A stretch of 64,000 nucleotides of DNA from Octopus sinensis. Its lineage: Eukaryota. Positions within the stretch are counted from its first letter, which is position 1; every line of letters begins with the position of its first letter. The notes under the pieces are model-generated. The model was given only the letters and a program-made list of their open reading frames with translations, did no database searches and was not told the DNA's origin. Below are positions 28,064-40,815 of this stretch, in pieces. The position numbers and the translations under genes were made by a program. The stretch covers positions 76,198,001-76,262,000 of the forward strand of contig NC_042999.1 in assembly GCF_006345805.1 (NCBI RefSeq), read 5' to 3'.

Positions 28064-29121
28064 AAATTATAAGCACTGAAGCAGTGAGGCAGCGGGTGTT
28101 AAATTACCAACAGTCATTGGAGATCGCCTTCTATAAACTGATAATGCATTTCAAACTATTTAGATATCATCAGCATGGATACTATCTGAGGCAACCCTTA
28201 AATGGCTTTGCAAATCTTTGCACCCTCATAGAAAATGAATGCAAACTGATCGCCGACAGTCTCGAACAAAATTATACAGCACGGACGCGAAACAACACTG
28301 TGAATTTTAATATTATATAACGTTTAGAACGGTTCACATGTGTTCGAGTAATAACTGACAAGTAAAATGTCAATAATAATTGACAAATTCCATGAGCTTC
28401 CTCCCCTCTGTAAACAATTTCATATTTAATTTTACTATCGTTTTACTGTCGTTACATTATATCTAATTAAGAAATTTACAGGTTAAATCAGGCTGAGGGT
28501 TCTTTAAATGGATGAAATATTACTTACTATACATGATTACCAGTAACTAATAATTGTAAAAGCTACTATAATAAAAATAAATACATCATATATGTGTGTG
28601 TATCAGTGTGTGCTCGTGTCTGTGTCTGTGTGTGTGTGTGAACTCTCCTTATCCTTTCTATTGCTCGATTTCAATTCAAATTGCTAATCCTGCCTCATAT
28701 TGGCTCTCACCTCCTTTTGTATTAACAGCCAGCGAGAGAGCGATACGCATACACACACATACGAACACACACACGAGCGCGCGCGTATATATATATATAT
28801 ATATAAACGTAATTTGTATGATTAAACTTTATGATATACGTATGTTTCCATAATCCGGTCAGCTGTCTTACGGAAATGCACATATACTATAAAGCTTCAC
28901 ATTGCAAAGTATGATTCTGCCTTTCTTATTACTATTTTATGCGTTTCAGACTTTGCATCTTAGATGATATGGTGATTGTTTTTCACACCATGTGGAATAT
29001 AAAAACTGACGGTATAGCTGATTACTAAACCCAAACTATCCGATAAGCTGTCGTACATTCCGGCATACTGTTAATTGTGAGTATATATGCGCATATATGT
29101 ACACACGCACACGCACACATA

Positions 29122-29154
<33 letters not shown>

Positions 29155-29909
29155 CACTATACATCATATGTAATGTGTGTGTATTCGTTATAATATATAT
29201 CAAAGACACACTCATACGCGTACACACATACGCATGCGTACACGCACGATCTGTGACATTCTGCCAATTTTAGAAATCATTATAAATATATATTAGCGTG
29301 CAGAAGGCAAATGGAGAATATTGAATTGCCAAATTTAGTTACGTTCCTTCACTTTCTGCCTGTCTTTTCTTGTGTTGACAAAATGAAATCATTCGTTTAA
29401 TCGAGTTTCCGATACATTTTGAGCAGTGTGTGTGTGTGTGCAAGAGAGAGAGAGAGTTAGAAATCAATATAAGGATATAAAACCTTTCGCAATCTATCAG
29501 ATGCCAAAGGTCATTATGCTGTCTTTAGGTCATACTGACATTGCTTCAAGTGTATGGTAGAAATCAAAGAAATTTATTTTAGTTTCATTCGTACATATAA
29601 CCAAAGATGAATAAAAATGCAACAGCCTCCAGTAGAGATATTATTCTAAAAGAGGGAGCAGTCGGACGACTAGGACATTTGTAAACTCCTTAAACTTCAC
29701 CAGTTCCGCGTATCTTTTATGATATTTGTGGCGGTAAATAATACCTGCCTATACAATGTACCTGCGTGCGTATGTGTGTGAATATATTTATAGGTATATA
29801 ATCATATAGAAATCTCTCTCTTCCTATCCATCTCTTTCACTTTATATATATATATATATATATAAATATATAAAGAGAGAGAGAGAGTATATATATATAT
29901 ATAGAGAGA

Positions 29910-30279
29910 GAGAGTATTAGAGTCGATACATTCGACTAAATATTATTGAATGCGGTGCCCCAGCATGCACCGCCTTGAACAATATTTAGTCAAATGTATC
30001 GACCCTAATACTCTTTTTTCAAAGCCTGGTACTTATTCTATCGGTATCTTTTGCCGAACCGCTAGGTTATGGAAACGTAAACATACCAGCACTGGCTGTC
30101 AAGCGGCAGCGGGGTATAAACACAGACAAAGAATATATGTATACATATATATACGACAGTCTTGTTTCAGCTTCCATCTACCATATCTGCTCAAGAGGGT
30201 TTGATCGGCCCTAAGTTATAGTATAAGACACTTACCCAAGGTACCACGCAGTTTCTTACCACACAACCATGCCTACGCT

Positions 30280-30284
<5 letters not shown>
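29910..30284 (-). mobile_element. SINE family A copy with B-box deletion and 3' fold-back duplication
   Basis: Minus-strand SINE body. Its 3' segment 29967-30014 is mirrored as an inverted copy at 29910-29958. Confidence 0.85.
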
Positions 30285-30344
<60 letters not shown>

Positions 30345-30675
30345 GAGAGAGTACATAAAAGAGATGTGACGTGAAAGAGTAGATTACAGCTGTTTCAAGA
30401 TCTTACTGGATGGTGATTAAAACAGGGAAGTACAATTCAAATTATGAGTATATATCAATATATACTGTACAAAACACTCAATCATTGAGTCACTGTGTAA
30501 CTTCTGCCGATTAATATAACTACGTAAATCTAACCTAACCACAACCACCACGAACTGACGTGGGGAAATAAAAGTGTGAAAAGTATTGTATCCGATGCAC
30601 TAAGGAGTTTTGGCATATGGAGTTTATGTGTATATGGGGGTGGGGTACATATATATGCATATTTATATATATATA

Positions 30676-30784
30676 TCTACCATATCTACTCAAGAGGCTT
30701 TGATCGGCCCGAAGTTATAGTAGAAGACACTTGCCCAAGGTACCACGCAGTTTCTTACCACACAGCCACGCCTACGCTTATATA
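30676..30784 (-). mobile_element. SINE family A head fragment sharing the same deletion as 30176-30284
   Basis: Near-identical 109-bp segment, offset about 500 bp. Confidence 0.85.
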
Positions 30785-31948
30785 CACAAGCATACACACA
30801 CACACACACATATATATACACAGACAAACGCATTTATATACACATAAATGCACATCTATATACACATTTACACTCATATAGAGTAGATTAATTTTAAAGA
30901 TCTTGTTTGATACAATTTTCTGGAGCTCATTCTTCAAATTGTGAGTGTGTATGTGTGTGTGTGTGTAAATTTTAATAAACCCTGCATATAAATAACAACG
31001 ATGATGATGATGACGACGACGACTACTACGACGAAGATAATGATGATAAAGATGCTATTTAATGGTGTATGGCAGAATATTTAAGAATATTGCCTCAGAG
31101 ACACGAGTTCGCGTGTAAAGGTGGTCGATTTGGGTCGATTCAAGCATTTTGGGTGAGTAGGCAGAAAGTTTCTAAGTAAACCGTAGGATCAATTGTACCT
31201 ATAATTTAAAAAATCAGGTTTTTATGTTCTTCCTTCAAATCCCTACGGTGTAAACGTCCCTGGTTAGGAAATAATAAGGGCTTGTTTAATCATCATTTTG
31301 TTTACCTCTGCAATTGAGAAATTATAGTGATTGAAACACTCGTTTCAAAAAAATATGAATTTCCTTCTTGTATAGAATAATCATTGTTACTAATAATATT
31401 ACTGTATTTTGTTGATAACATAGATGCTATTTTCACCCCTGAGTTGTGCCATTTCAGCGGTCACTATATAATGTGCATAACACGGTAGCGTGTCGTTTGA
31501 GACTGATTTGGCTAGTATTTCTAATAGGTTCAGAAACAACGTACAGCCCACTCCACCGCTCATTTTGCATAATAGATGTATTTGAAAGTTGTTATGCAGT
31601 GATATGCAGTGACTAAGAGATATCGCACTTTACGCAATGGTAGACAGTATGAGCACTTACGAAATTATTTCACTCATATTGCCAGCTGTTTAGCTGCTTC
31701 CATCATTTAATTAATAAACCAGTTAGGCCAGCTGTATATACGCTGTGTGCTGCTTGTGATAACAGGATATGGTATGCTGGTTGTAGCGTTAATGGATAGT
31801 CTGGTTACTTCGATGGAAAATGTGACACTGTTTCACACAGATAAATAGATATACATTTATTCGCTTTCATAAACACATATATGTATACCGAAATATATAC
31901 GTAATACACAAATGAATGCACTTATATATGTGTATGGAATGTAAGTAT

Positions 31949-31993
<45 letters not shown>

Positions 31994-32184
31994 ATATATA
32001 TATATATATATAATATATATATATATACATATATATATGCATGCATATATACAAATGTAGATTTACATATGTATATATAGATATGGCTGTAATATATATT
32101 ATATATATAATATATGTATATATTTTCAATATTACACACACACACATACATACATACATAAATATTTATATATATATTCAATAT

Positions 32185-32398
32185 GTGACATCGTGAGTAC
32201 CGCTGGCGATTTTTTTCCCTCTGTCTTCCCTTCTCAGGATCTTTCCTTCTCTTATGTTTCCGACGAAGAGTTCCGCTCGAAACGTTAAACCCTCCTTCTT
32301 CCCTTCTTTCCTGACCGTCCAATAATACTTTATTTCCTCCACGTCCTCGCGTTGTTGTTTTTTGGGTTTTTTTGTGTTTTCCTGTTTGGATTAACTTT
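32185..32398 (+). mobile_element. ~210-bp non-coding retroelement with hammerhead-like motif (Penelope pLTR-derived or retrozyme-like), copy 1
   Basis: Homologous over its full length to 51087-51282 (opposite strand). Lies in TA-rich microsatellite, with TATATATTCAATAT repeated on both sides. Confidence 0.75.
32256..32290 (+). ncRNA. Minimal type-I hammerhead ribozyme-like motif (variant core)
   Basis: GUUU-CCGACGA-A-GAGU(UCC)GCUC-GAA-ACGU-U-AAAC: stem I GUUU/AAAC, stem II 4 bp, palindromic stem III ACGU. Confidence 0.6.
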
Positions 32399-32447
32399 AT
32401 ATATATATATATATATATTCAATATTACACACACACACATACATACA

Positions 32448-32486
<39 letters not shown>

Positions 32487-35046
32487 ATGTATATATACAC
32501 ACACACAAATACATGCTTAAACACACACACATATGTGTGTATGTGTGTGTGGGTGCGTGTATATGTACGTGTGTATAGACACACGTGTATTCTAAGTCCT
32601 GCGTCATTGAGGATAAACATTATATCTACACGTGTCTGCACAAGCCCGGCCAGGATTTATATTACAGAAGACTGGCATTCGTCCATGCGAACAAACCTCC
32701 ACCACCTCTCCACGCTACGCATGAAGAATGAGTGAAAAACATGCCTAGCAATCCGAATACTCAAAAGGATGAAAAGTGGGATTTGAACTTATATCCGTAG
32801 CTTTAACTTCTCTGCCATTGTATCTAATACATACACCCACATACATGTGTATGCATGTCTGTATGTACTTGCACACAAAATCATACGGAATATGTATAAT
32901 TCGTAGCTTTGAAATCTTGACTAAAACACCTTGTTATCGAGATATAAAAACACAGGAAAAAAGAAAATAAAATACTTCTTAAATTTTCGAAGCAGAAAAA
33001 TAGTATTTATGTCACAATCAAAATTCAAATTATCAATGTTGCTGCAGGCATAAAGCTATTGTATTTTGTTTATAGAACTCTTTTTCATTCCTTTAATCAT
33101 ACTGGCAGTCAATTTTTCAATAATTCAGATACTCATTTCTTCTCATTTTTCTTTGACTGCAGCAAATAAAGATTCCTTTACCGCAGCTATAACGTAATGA
33201 CTTCCTATATATTTCAATTTCGCTCAGGTAAAGTGAGTACAAAAACCCAATTTTAAAAGACAGATTCCATTTTACAATCTCAGAGAAACTTTCTAAACTA
33301 ATTTCTTTTTAATGAAACATTCTAAACCAATTTTTCAGAATGTTCAACGGAATTCTCATATTGGTATATCGCCAATCTATGTTGAATAAACAGTTTTATA
33401 TATAAGGAAGTTTGTATAAAATTTCTTTTTTGACAAACCGAATTGCAACTCTGTCATTACAGATAATGAGTTGTTCAGCACCTTGATTGAATTCTCAACT
33501 CAAAGATAAAATAAATATCAAAGATGGTTTGCCGCAGACAGAAACTGTAGGAACTACCACACACTCTCCTGAATCCTTCAGAATGTCAAAAACGTTTTCA
33601 TTTCATTATCAGGTATATCGGGGGCACCTTTCTGCGTGGGGCAGCGACGACTGAATTAGTCTTCCTTTGCTAAATGGTTCTACCTTCTGTCGCTTGTCAA
33701 ATACAGTCAACTTGAGCTGGTTCAATCTGCCACGCATATCTTCGTGCTGGCTTTCTTCAATTGCCTAGGCTCCAGACCAATCTTCTGCAGAAAATAACGC
33801 AAATATTATCTTATCCGATGCAAACAGTTATCTCTGATTGGTTAACCTGTACCTCTTAGACACCTATATCGTCCATCATCAGGTAGGTGACATACTGATA
33901 CGTCAGACACCTACTTCTGAGAATCCAGCTTTCTGCCACTAACGATTCGTTTTCTCATACATTTTCGGCACGCTAACATTCTTCTTGCAAGTAAATGCTA
34001 GTCTGCTTCATATGAATAAGCATTTTTTTCCCCTATTTTCTCAGCAACATGAAGCCGAGTTCGTTTTCAGTAACTAGTTTACCTTAATATTCCTTCGCAA
34101 AGGCATTGGATAATTCTATGCATGGTGATTTGTGGGGTGACAAACTTTTTAAGCCTCTTCAAATTGTCGCTTTACTGGAACTATGCAACTCTCGTTCGAA
34201 CGTGGAAAACGAAATGAACAAAGGAAACGAGACGAAGTTTGCTAAATCTACATGCCCCCATTTGGGCACACTCATAAAAACAAACAAATATATAAATATA
34301 TGTACAACATCAAGACTGTTTGGTGAGTAGGGACGCTTTTGGACACTCAAAAGGATGTTTAACTGACTATGACACGCAATGGCCGTTGAAATCTATCGCA
34401 TTGATCTACTATGCACATTTGCATCAAATACTATTAATCAATTCAGCTACGGAGGTGCGTCATTTACGTCCATCGGTTTATTCCATTTGATGAAAATTCT
34501 ATAAATACAATATAATAGTGAGTAATTAAAAGTTGCACTGAGCTGTCGAAATCTCAATGAATGTTAAAACCAATCCAACTAAGCACATTTTTCTTGTATG
34601 AAAAGAAAACGAGTGTATTTAATTAAATTCAGTTAATATGTAGTGTTGGAGAAAAAATAAAGGGTTGTTTTGTAATAGATCAAGCTGTTAAAAAAAAAAG
34701 AAATACTGCTGACGGATCAGTAATATATTAATCATCATTAATCCTGTTTAATAAAGTTTAATAAAGACTTTAATTTTAGTGGCTTTAAATGCTATATAAA
34801 TACCAGGGAAAGGTGAAAAAAACAATTTGAATGATGCTTAATTTTATGGTGAGATACTAGTAAAAAAAAGTGTATTTCATTAAGTCTAATTAATTTACAC
34901 ACGCAGGGTTCACTTAGATATAGCGATTTATTCGACAGTGCATCATAGCAGCCAAAAGAACAAGTCACTAAGCTGTATGTAGGCGTATGTATGTACATAT
35001 TACACTCATATATACAACTATACGTGAACACACACATACACACACA

Positions 35047-35114
<68 letters not shown>

Positions 35115-35117
<3 letters not shown>

Positions 35118-35501
35118 TCTTTTACTTGTTTCAGTCATTTGACTGCGGCCATGCTGGAGCACCACCTTTAGTCGAGCAAATTGACCCCGGGACTTATTCT
35201 TTTTGTAATCCCAGTACTTATTCTATCGGTCTCTTTTTGCCGAACCGCTAATTGACGGGTACGTAAACACACTAGCATCGGTTGTCAAGCAATGCTAGGG
35301 GGACAAACACAGGCACACAAACACACACATATATATACGACAGGCTTCTTTCAGTTTCCGTCTACCAAATCCACTCACATGGCATTGGTCGGCCCGGGGC
35401 TATAGCAGAAAACACTTGCCCAAGATGCCACGCAGTGGGACTGAACCCGGAACCATGTGGTTGGTTAGCAAGCTACTTACCACACAGCCACTCCTGCGCC
35501 T
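35115..35501 (-). mobile_element. SINE family A, full length
   Basis: Head AGGCGCAGGAGTGGCTGTGTGGTAAG...B-box-like GGTTCAGTCCC, internal TA/TG run, tail GGTGCTCCAGCATGGCCGCAGTCAAATGACTGAAACAAGTAAAAGAGTA. Confidence 0.95.
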
Positions 35502-35718
35502 ATATATATATATATATATGGTCATTGAAGTATGAGTGTTCGTATGGGTATATGTAGATGTACACATATACATATGAATATATTTATATGAGTACAGGCA
35601 CATATATCTCAATACATGTATTTATCTTGTCTGTATGTGTGTATTCACACACACATATGCGAATATAAATTAACAGACAGATAGAGAGGTGGATAGATGA
35701 GTTTGTGCGTGTAAGTAT

Positions 35719-35752
<34 letters not shown>

Positions 35753-37639
35753 TAAGATATTACGTCAATTACAATCATGACTAACTCTTTCTACGCTTAC
35801 ATAGTTAATATTTTATAATATATAATAATACTATATAACACATAAACACACACATACACATACATACGAAAACATAAACATACACACACCAAGTATGTAG
35901 CACACCACGCATATAGTCTTAACATTTATGCAGATCAGCGTTTATCGTCGTGTCAGATACACACACACGGACATATATATATATATATATATATAATATA
36001 TATATATATATATACATCTTTATACACATGCATATGAATATATTAATATATACATGCCCAACACTAGCCTGAATATGATGAACAAAGTTTATATATATAT
36101 ATATAAAATTTAGATAATCACATATATGTGCGTCTGTGGGTGTTATGTGAGAAAGCTTATACTATATAATTAGACATCAGTAATATTTAACTATATTTTG
36201 TTGCTAGTATAGAATACGAGGATACCGCGATGAAAATTATGATCGGTGCTTTTAACAAGCCGCAATAAAGTTTAGTTCGAGATAATATTGCCAAATACTA
36301 AAGATGTATTGAGACTGATATCAACACATCAAAGAGCTCTACCAAACTTTGTTCAGTGAAACTGAAAAATGAAATTATACATAACTCAAATGGCTTGCCT
36401 TCACAGAAGAACAATTTTCAAATATTTATACAATATTTATGATACTATAAATAAATTTATATTTACACATATTTGTTTGTCATACATGCACGCACGCACG
36501 CACAGTATACACACTCACACACACATATATATAAATTATACATAATACACATATACACTGTCGCACATTTGCATATTTATACATACATGTGTGTGTGTGT
36601 GTGTGCTTATATGCTCATACAAACGCAGACACAGATACACACTCACATATATTAATATTTATAGAATGTAGTACTATTGATCCATTTTAGCCCAATGTAT
36701 CAATAGGTTTCGCACACGAGTGTTAGAAGAACTCCTATTCCCGTATTTATCAGGTGGACTGGTAACAACGGTGTGGTGACAGCTACCTGCTACTGACAGT
36801 TTTAATACCAGCCCTTCTGATTAGCGCGGGATCGGTTCTGACTTTAATTATCGTGTGAGAAACCGATCGGTAAAAATGGATTTATGGTATTTTATGACAT
36901 AAATATTAATATACCCATTCTAGAGACAAGCATATGCATGTACGTTCCGTCTTATGAATTCTTAGATGACATACGTGTATACTTAAATATATTTTTTATA
37001 TACGAATATGCACAAATAAGAATGAAGACATCTAAAAATATGTGCCACTTACTTATTCAGTTTTAATTAATCTAGTTTTGACGAAGAGCACCTGAATGTT
37101 TCTCTCCCACTCATTTATTTTAATGGCTATTAGTGTTCTCTATCATGGACATCTTACAAAAGTTTCGACTACCTTTTTTCTTGTAATCCTACAAAAAGTT
37201 TACGATAAATCGCACCCTTAAGATCCATCTGGTTTATCTTCTGTACGTTCTAAGACCACAACACTACAACCAGCCTCTTGGTTGTCTAGGCAACTAAGGG
37301 AAATCGCAGCCCCTTCCCAGGTCTATATTCATATCCTACTACTGAAACCTTTTTAGTAAACTGCTTGCTCACCTGGCTGTGTTCAACGGTTTATATCCTC
37401 CCTCACAATTGTGTAGTGTGTGCATATGTGTGCATCTAAAATTTCCAATCATATTGCATACATCTATATATATATTATATATATATTCACATATATGTAT
37501 ATTCACACACACACTCACATGCATACAAACACAAACACACACACGCACATATTCACACGCATATATATAAATCTACATTTGTTGTCCGTCAATGTTTCCT
37601 ACCTTTTATGCTATAGGTACTTGATGGGGATATCTTTTC

Positions 37640-38490
37640 CTTGAATTGTATAGAAGTAGCCTTCGAAGTGGGATCTCATAAAACTGTCGGTACTGCATGC
37701 CAACCTTTTGACAAGATCAATCCCTTATATGGTTTGCGATTTTCGTGCCAAGTACCTATGTTTTTTTGTGAACTGATCAATATTTATTTTTATTTTGCTC
37801 TTCTGATAAATATATTTTACCTATGCTCTTCAGGGAGAGATCTGTATCAGCTCTTATTTCATACCTCTCTTCAAGTTCGTTAGCTACCCTAGTTATGTTG
37901 CTGATTTCATGGTCACAAACTTGGGCAAGATAGTTACTGGTCTCTTTCCTCTGCTGCAGATATTGTTTCAGTGTCACAATACGTGGCTCTTATGACATCA
38001 ACACATACTTGAGACCACAGTCACCATCCTTGCTTAGGTCAACATCTCCATTAATGTTGAAGTTTCCTGTAACACTGAGCAGCCTTTGAATTCGAACGTC
38101 TATGTCACTGAATTCTTGTAGTAACAAATTCAGAAGGTCAAACGTAGGTGTGAGGACAAGCACTGCAAAGTTGTTGTGGGCAATATGCTTTTAGTAAGCT
38201 GAGTGTTCTGATGCCCATATCCTCTTTACTGTCCTGAGGCATTCATTCCTGATTCTCTGATAGATCTGACATTCTCATCTTGTCCAACATACATACAAAT
38301 GTTACCTGACTGTGGAGGCTATATTATGAATCTCTACATTTTTAGATTTACAGTGGAGCGCACAACTTTACCACGTTTTATTATCAAAAATGCACATTTG
38401 GCCTATCCAACTCAATTTTCTCCAAATTACTCCTAAGTGTTGTGACAAGTTTTGATGAGGTGTTCAGTTGCACTCATAGTTGTGGGACTC
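37640..38490 (-). mobile_element. R4/Dong-like LINE fragment (RT end and thumb)
   Basis: HNNFAVLVLTPTFDLL, TGNFNINGDVD, IVTLKQYL and EGYFYTIQ..DI motifs on the minus strand. Many stops. Confidence 0.7.
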
Positions 38491-38576
38491 TGGCTATCTC
38501 TGAAACCTTGATATTCCATCCATGTCGTATACTATAAAAGCCTTCCAGTAGTCCAGCCACACTAAAGTTCAAGCAA

Positions 38577-38735
38577 GTATGTATGTATGTATGTATGTAT
38601 GTATGTATGTATGTATGTATGTATGTATGTATGTTTGTATGTATGTATGTATGTATGTATGTATGTATGTATGTATGTACGTACGTACGTCCGTACGTAT
38701 GTATGTATGTATCTATGCATGCATGTATGTATGTG
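38577..38735. repeat. (TATG)n microsatellite
   Basis: Direct observation. Confidence 0.95.
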
Positions 38736-38899
38736 TTTAACGGCTTGGTCAACCACCGATTCAATAAACTTTTTACAGAGAAACATGAAGTCGCAGTTAA
38801 ATCTACAAACTGTATTGAATCTCAACAGCAGTAAACCTCATGTTGTTTCCTCTGATCTGAAACTGTTTGTGTCTTTCGTCCTCTATATTCATATCTGGG

Positions 38900-39950
38900 T
38901 TGCTTGCTAGTGTGGTCAGTCACTATGGTGAAGTCTCATAATATCCTGTAATCCTTATTCTGCATCACAGCCTCTGGTTAATATTCATAACCTTTTCCCA
39001 CTGCATTGAATCCGCACCATCGGATCTCAATGCAATCTTTTACCAACACAATCATGCTGCTGCTTATACTCTTTGTGTGCTTCCTTGTTGTATTCACTCA
39101 AGAAACGCTTTATACTTTCGTCTCTTCTTCAGCATTTGCCCTCCGGTTGAGATTATCAATTTTTGCTTTTATCATATTTGTTCTGAATAATTCCGGAACG
39201 GTTGTAATAAGCGATTCGGTTTTTCGTGTCAGGTTTCCATCCGTCAGCTACAACCAGCGTCCTTTACTCCAAATTTCCTCCGATTTGTTGCAAGAATTGG
39301 TCATGTAATTCCTTCTCTTTACAGTTACACTTTCTATAGTTCTTGCTTCTGTTCTTATATTACATTGATTTTCTAAATGTTGGACATTTCTACCCAACGA
39401 TAATATTCTTTCTTCGCAACCTACAACCTTTTTTTCAGACCTGGTATCGCAGTATTAAGGGTATATTCTGCATTTAGAAATCCTCTGTTTCTTTCCTTTC
39501 TTGGTAGGTGCAGCTTGTTGTTATTACTTTAAGGTGTCCATTGTGAACAGCTTCCTGGTTCTCCTACCTAAATTTGTCGCTCGTTCTTTGCCCATCTTAG
39601 CAAGATAGCAGAACATTTAAATACTGGCATAAACCATGTATTTATTGCTTATTGCTTTGATATATTCCCTTCATTTAATTTTACCTTGAGCACCTTCCGA
39701 ATTCTTCTGTTGTAGTCTTTGGAGTTTTTTTTCTTTCGCATTTCTTTTCTCAACATCCCTAGTTACTTGAACCACTCGCTAATCCTCAGTGATTTAATAA
39801 AATTTAGTTGTGGTAATTTTATACTATCAGAGGCCACCTTCTGGCTTCTCTTCATGAATAATGTTCCACATTTATTTACTCCAATATCCTTGCTGAAAAC
39901 TCTTACTGTTTTTATTAAAGGGTCCAGGTTTTTCAAATATTTTTATATAG
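38900..39950 (-). mobile_element. R4/Dong-like LINE fragment (RT end, thumb, RHD region, start of RLE)
   Basis: LDPLIKTVRVFSKDIG..NKCGTLFMKR, KEYKQQHDCVGKRLH, GYEY.PEAV..NKDYRIL.DFTIVTDH. Confidence 0.75.
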
Positions 39951-40400
39951 TTTGAGGTGACTTATACCAAATCAATGGGGGTGATTCATGTGTGTATGTA
40001 TTTATGTACGAATGTATGTATGTTTACATGTACGCACGCATACACAAATATGTGCATGTCTGTACAAGTGTGTTGATAGATATTACATTGCATTTGTGAA
40101 TCGGTATGTATTGACTTTGTGTGTTTAAATATCAAGTTTTGAATATCTAAACATGTTGATAAGCACATATTACATGATCAAATATCTTACATGTTTTGAC
40201 AGTGCATATTTCACATATTTTGTCATGTCTTGTATTTGTTGTATATACGTATGTAAGATTGTGTACAAGTATGTACGCATGTATGAATGTATGTATGTAC
40301 GTATGCATATATGTATGTATGTTAGGTAAGTAAGTAGGTAGGTAGGTATGTATGTATGTAGGTAGGTAGTTAGGTAGGTAGGAAGGTAGGTAGGTAGGTA

Positions 40401-40815
40401 GGCGTTGAGCTGGCAGAAGCGTTAGCACGCCGGGCGAAATGCTTAGCGGTATTTCGTCAGCGGCTACGTTCTGAGTTCAAATTCCGCCGAGGTCGACTTT
40501 GCCTTTCATCCTTTCGGGGTCGATAAATTAAGTATCAGTTACGCACTGGGGTCGGTGTAATCGACTTAATACCTATGTCTGTCCTTGTTTGTCCCCTCTG
40601 TGTTTAGCCCCTTGTGGGTAATAAAGAAATAGGTATTTCGTCTGCCGTTACGTTCTGAGTTCAAATTCCGCCGGGGTCGACTTTGCTTTTCATCCTTTCG
40701 GGGTTGCTAAATTAAGTACCAGTTACGCACTGGGGTCAATATAATCAACTTAATTCGTTTGTCTGTCCTTGTTTGTCCTCTCTGTGTTTAGCCCCTTGTG
40801 GTAGTAAAGAAATAG
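40401..40815 (+). mobile_element. SINE family B, full copy plus tandem 5'-truncated copy
   Basis: Copy 1 spans 40401-40630 (B-box-like GAGTTCAAATTCC). Copy 2 spans 40632-40815 and starts at GGTATTTCG. Both sit in (TAGG)n. Confidence 0.95.

Noticed and set aside
33590-34000. Possible RTE-like C-terminal relic on the minus strand (similar hint at 48680-48870 on plus)
   Set aside because: Only weak motif similarity across many stops.
36695-36757. Minus-strand CACCTGATAA...CGAAAC
   Set aside because: G8 is lost and there is no stem III/stem I closure.
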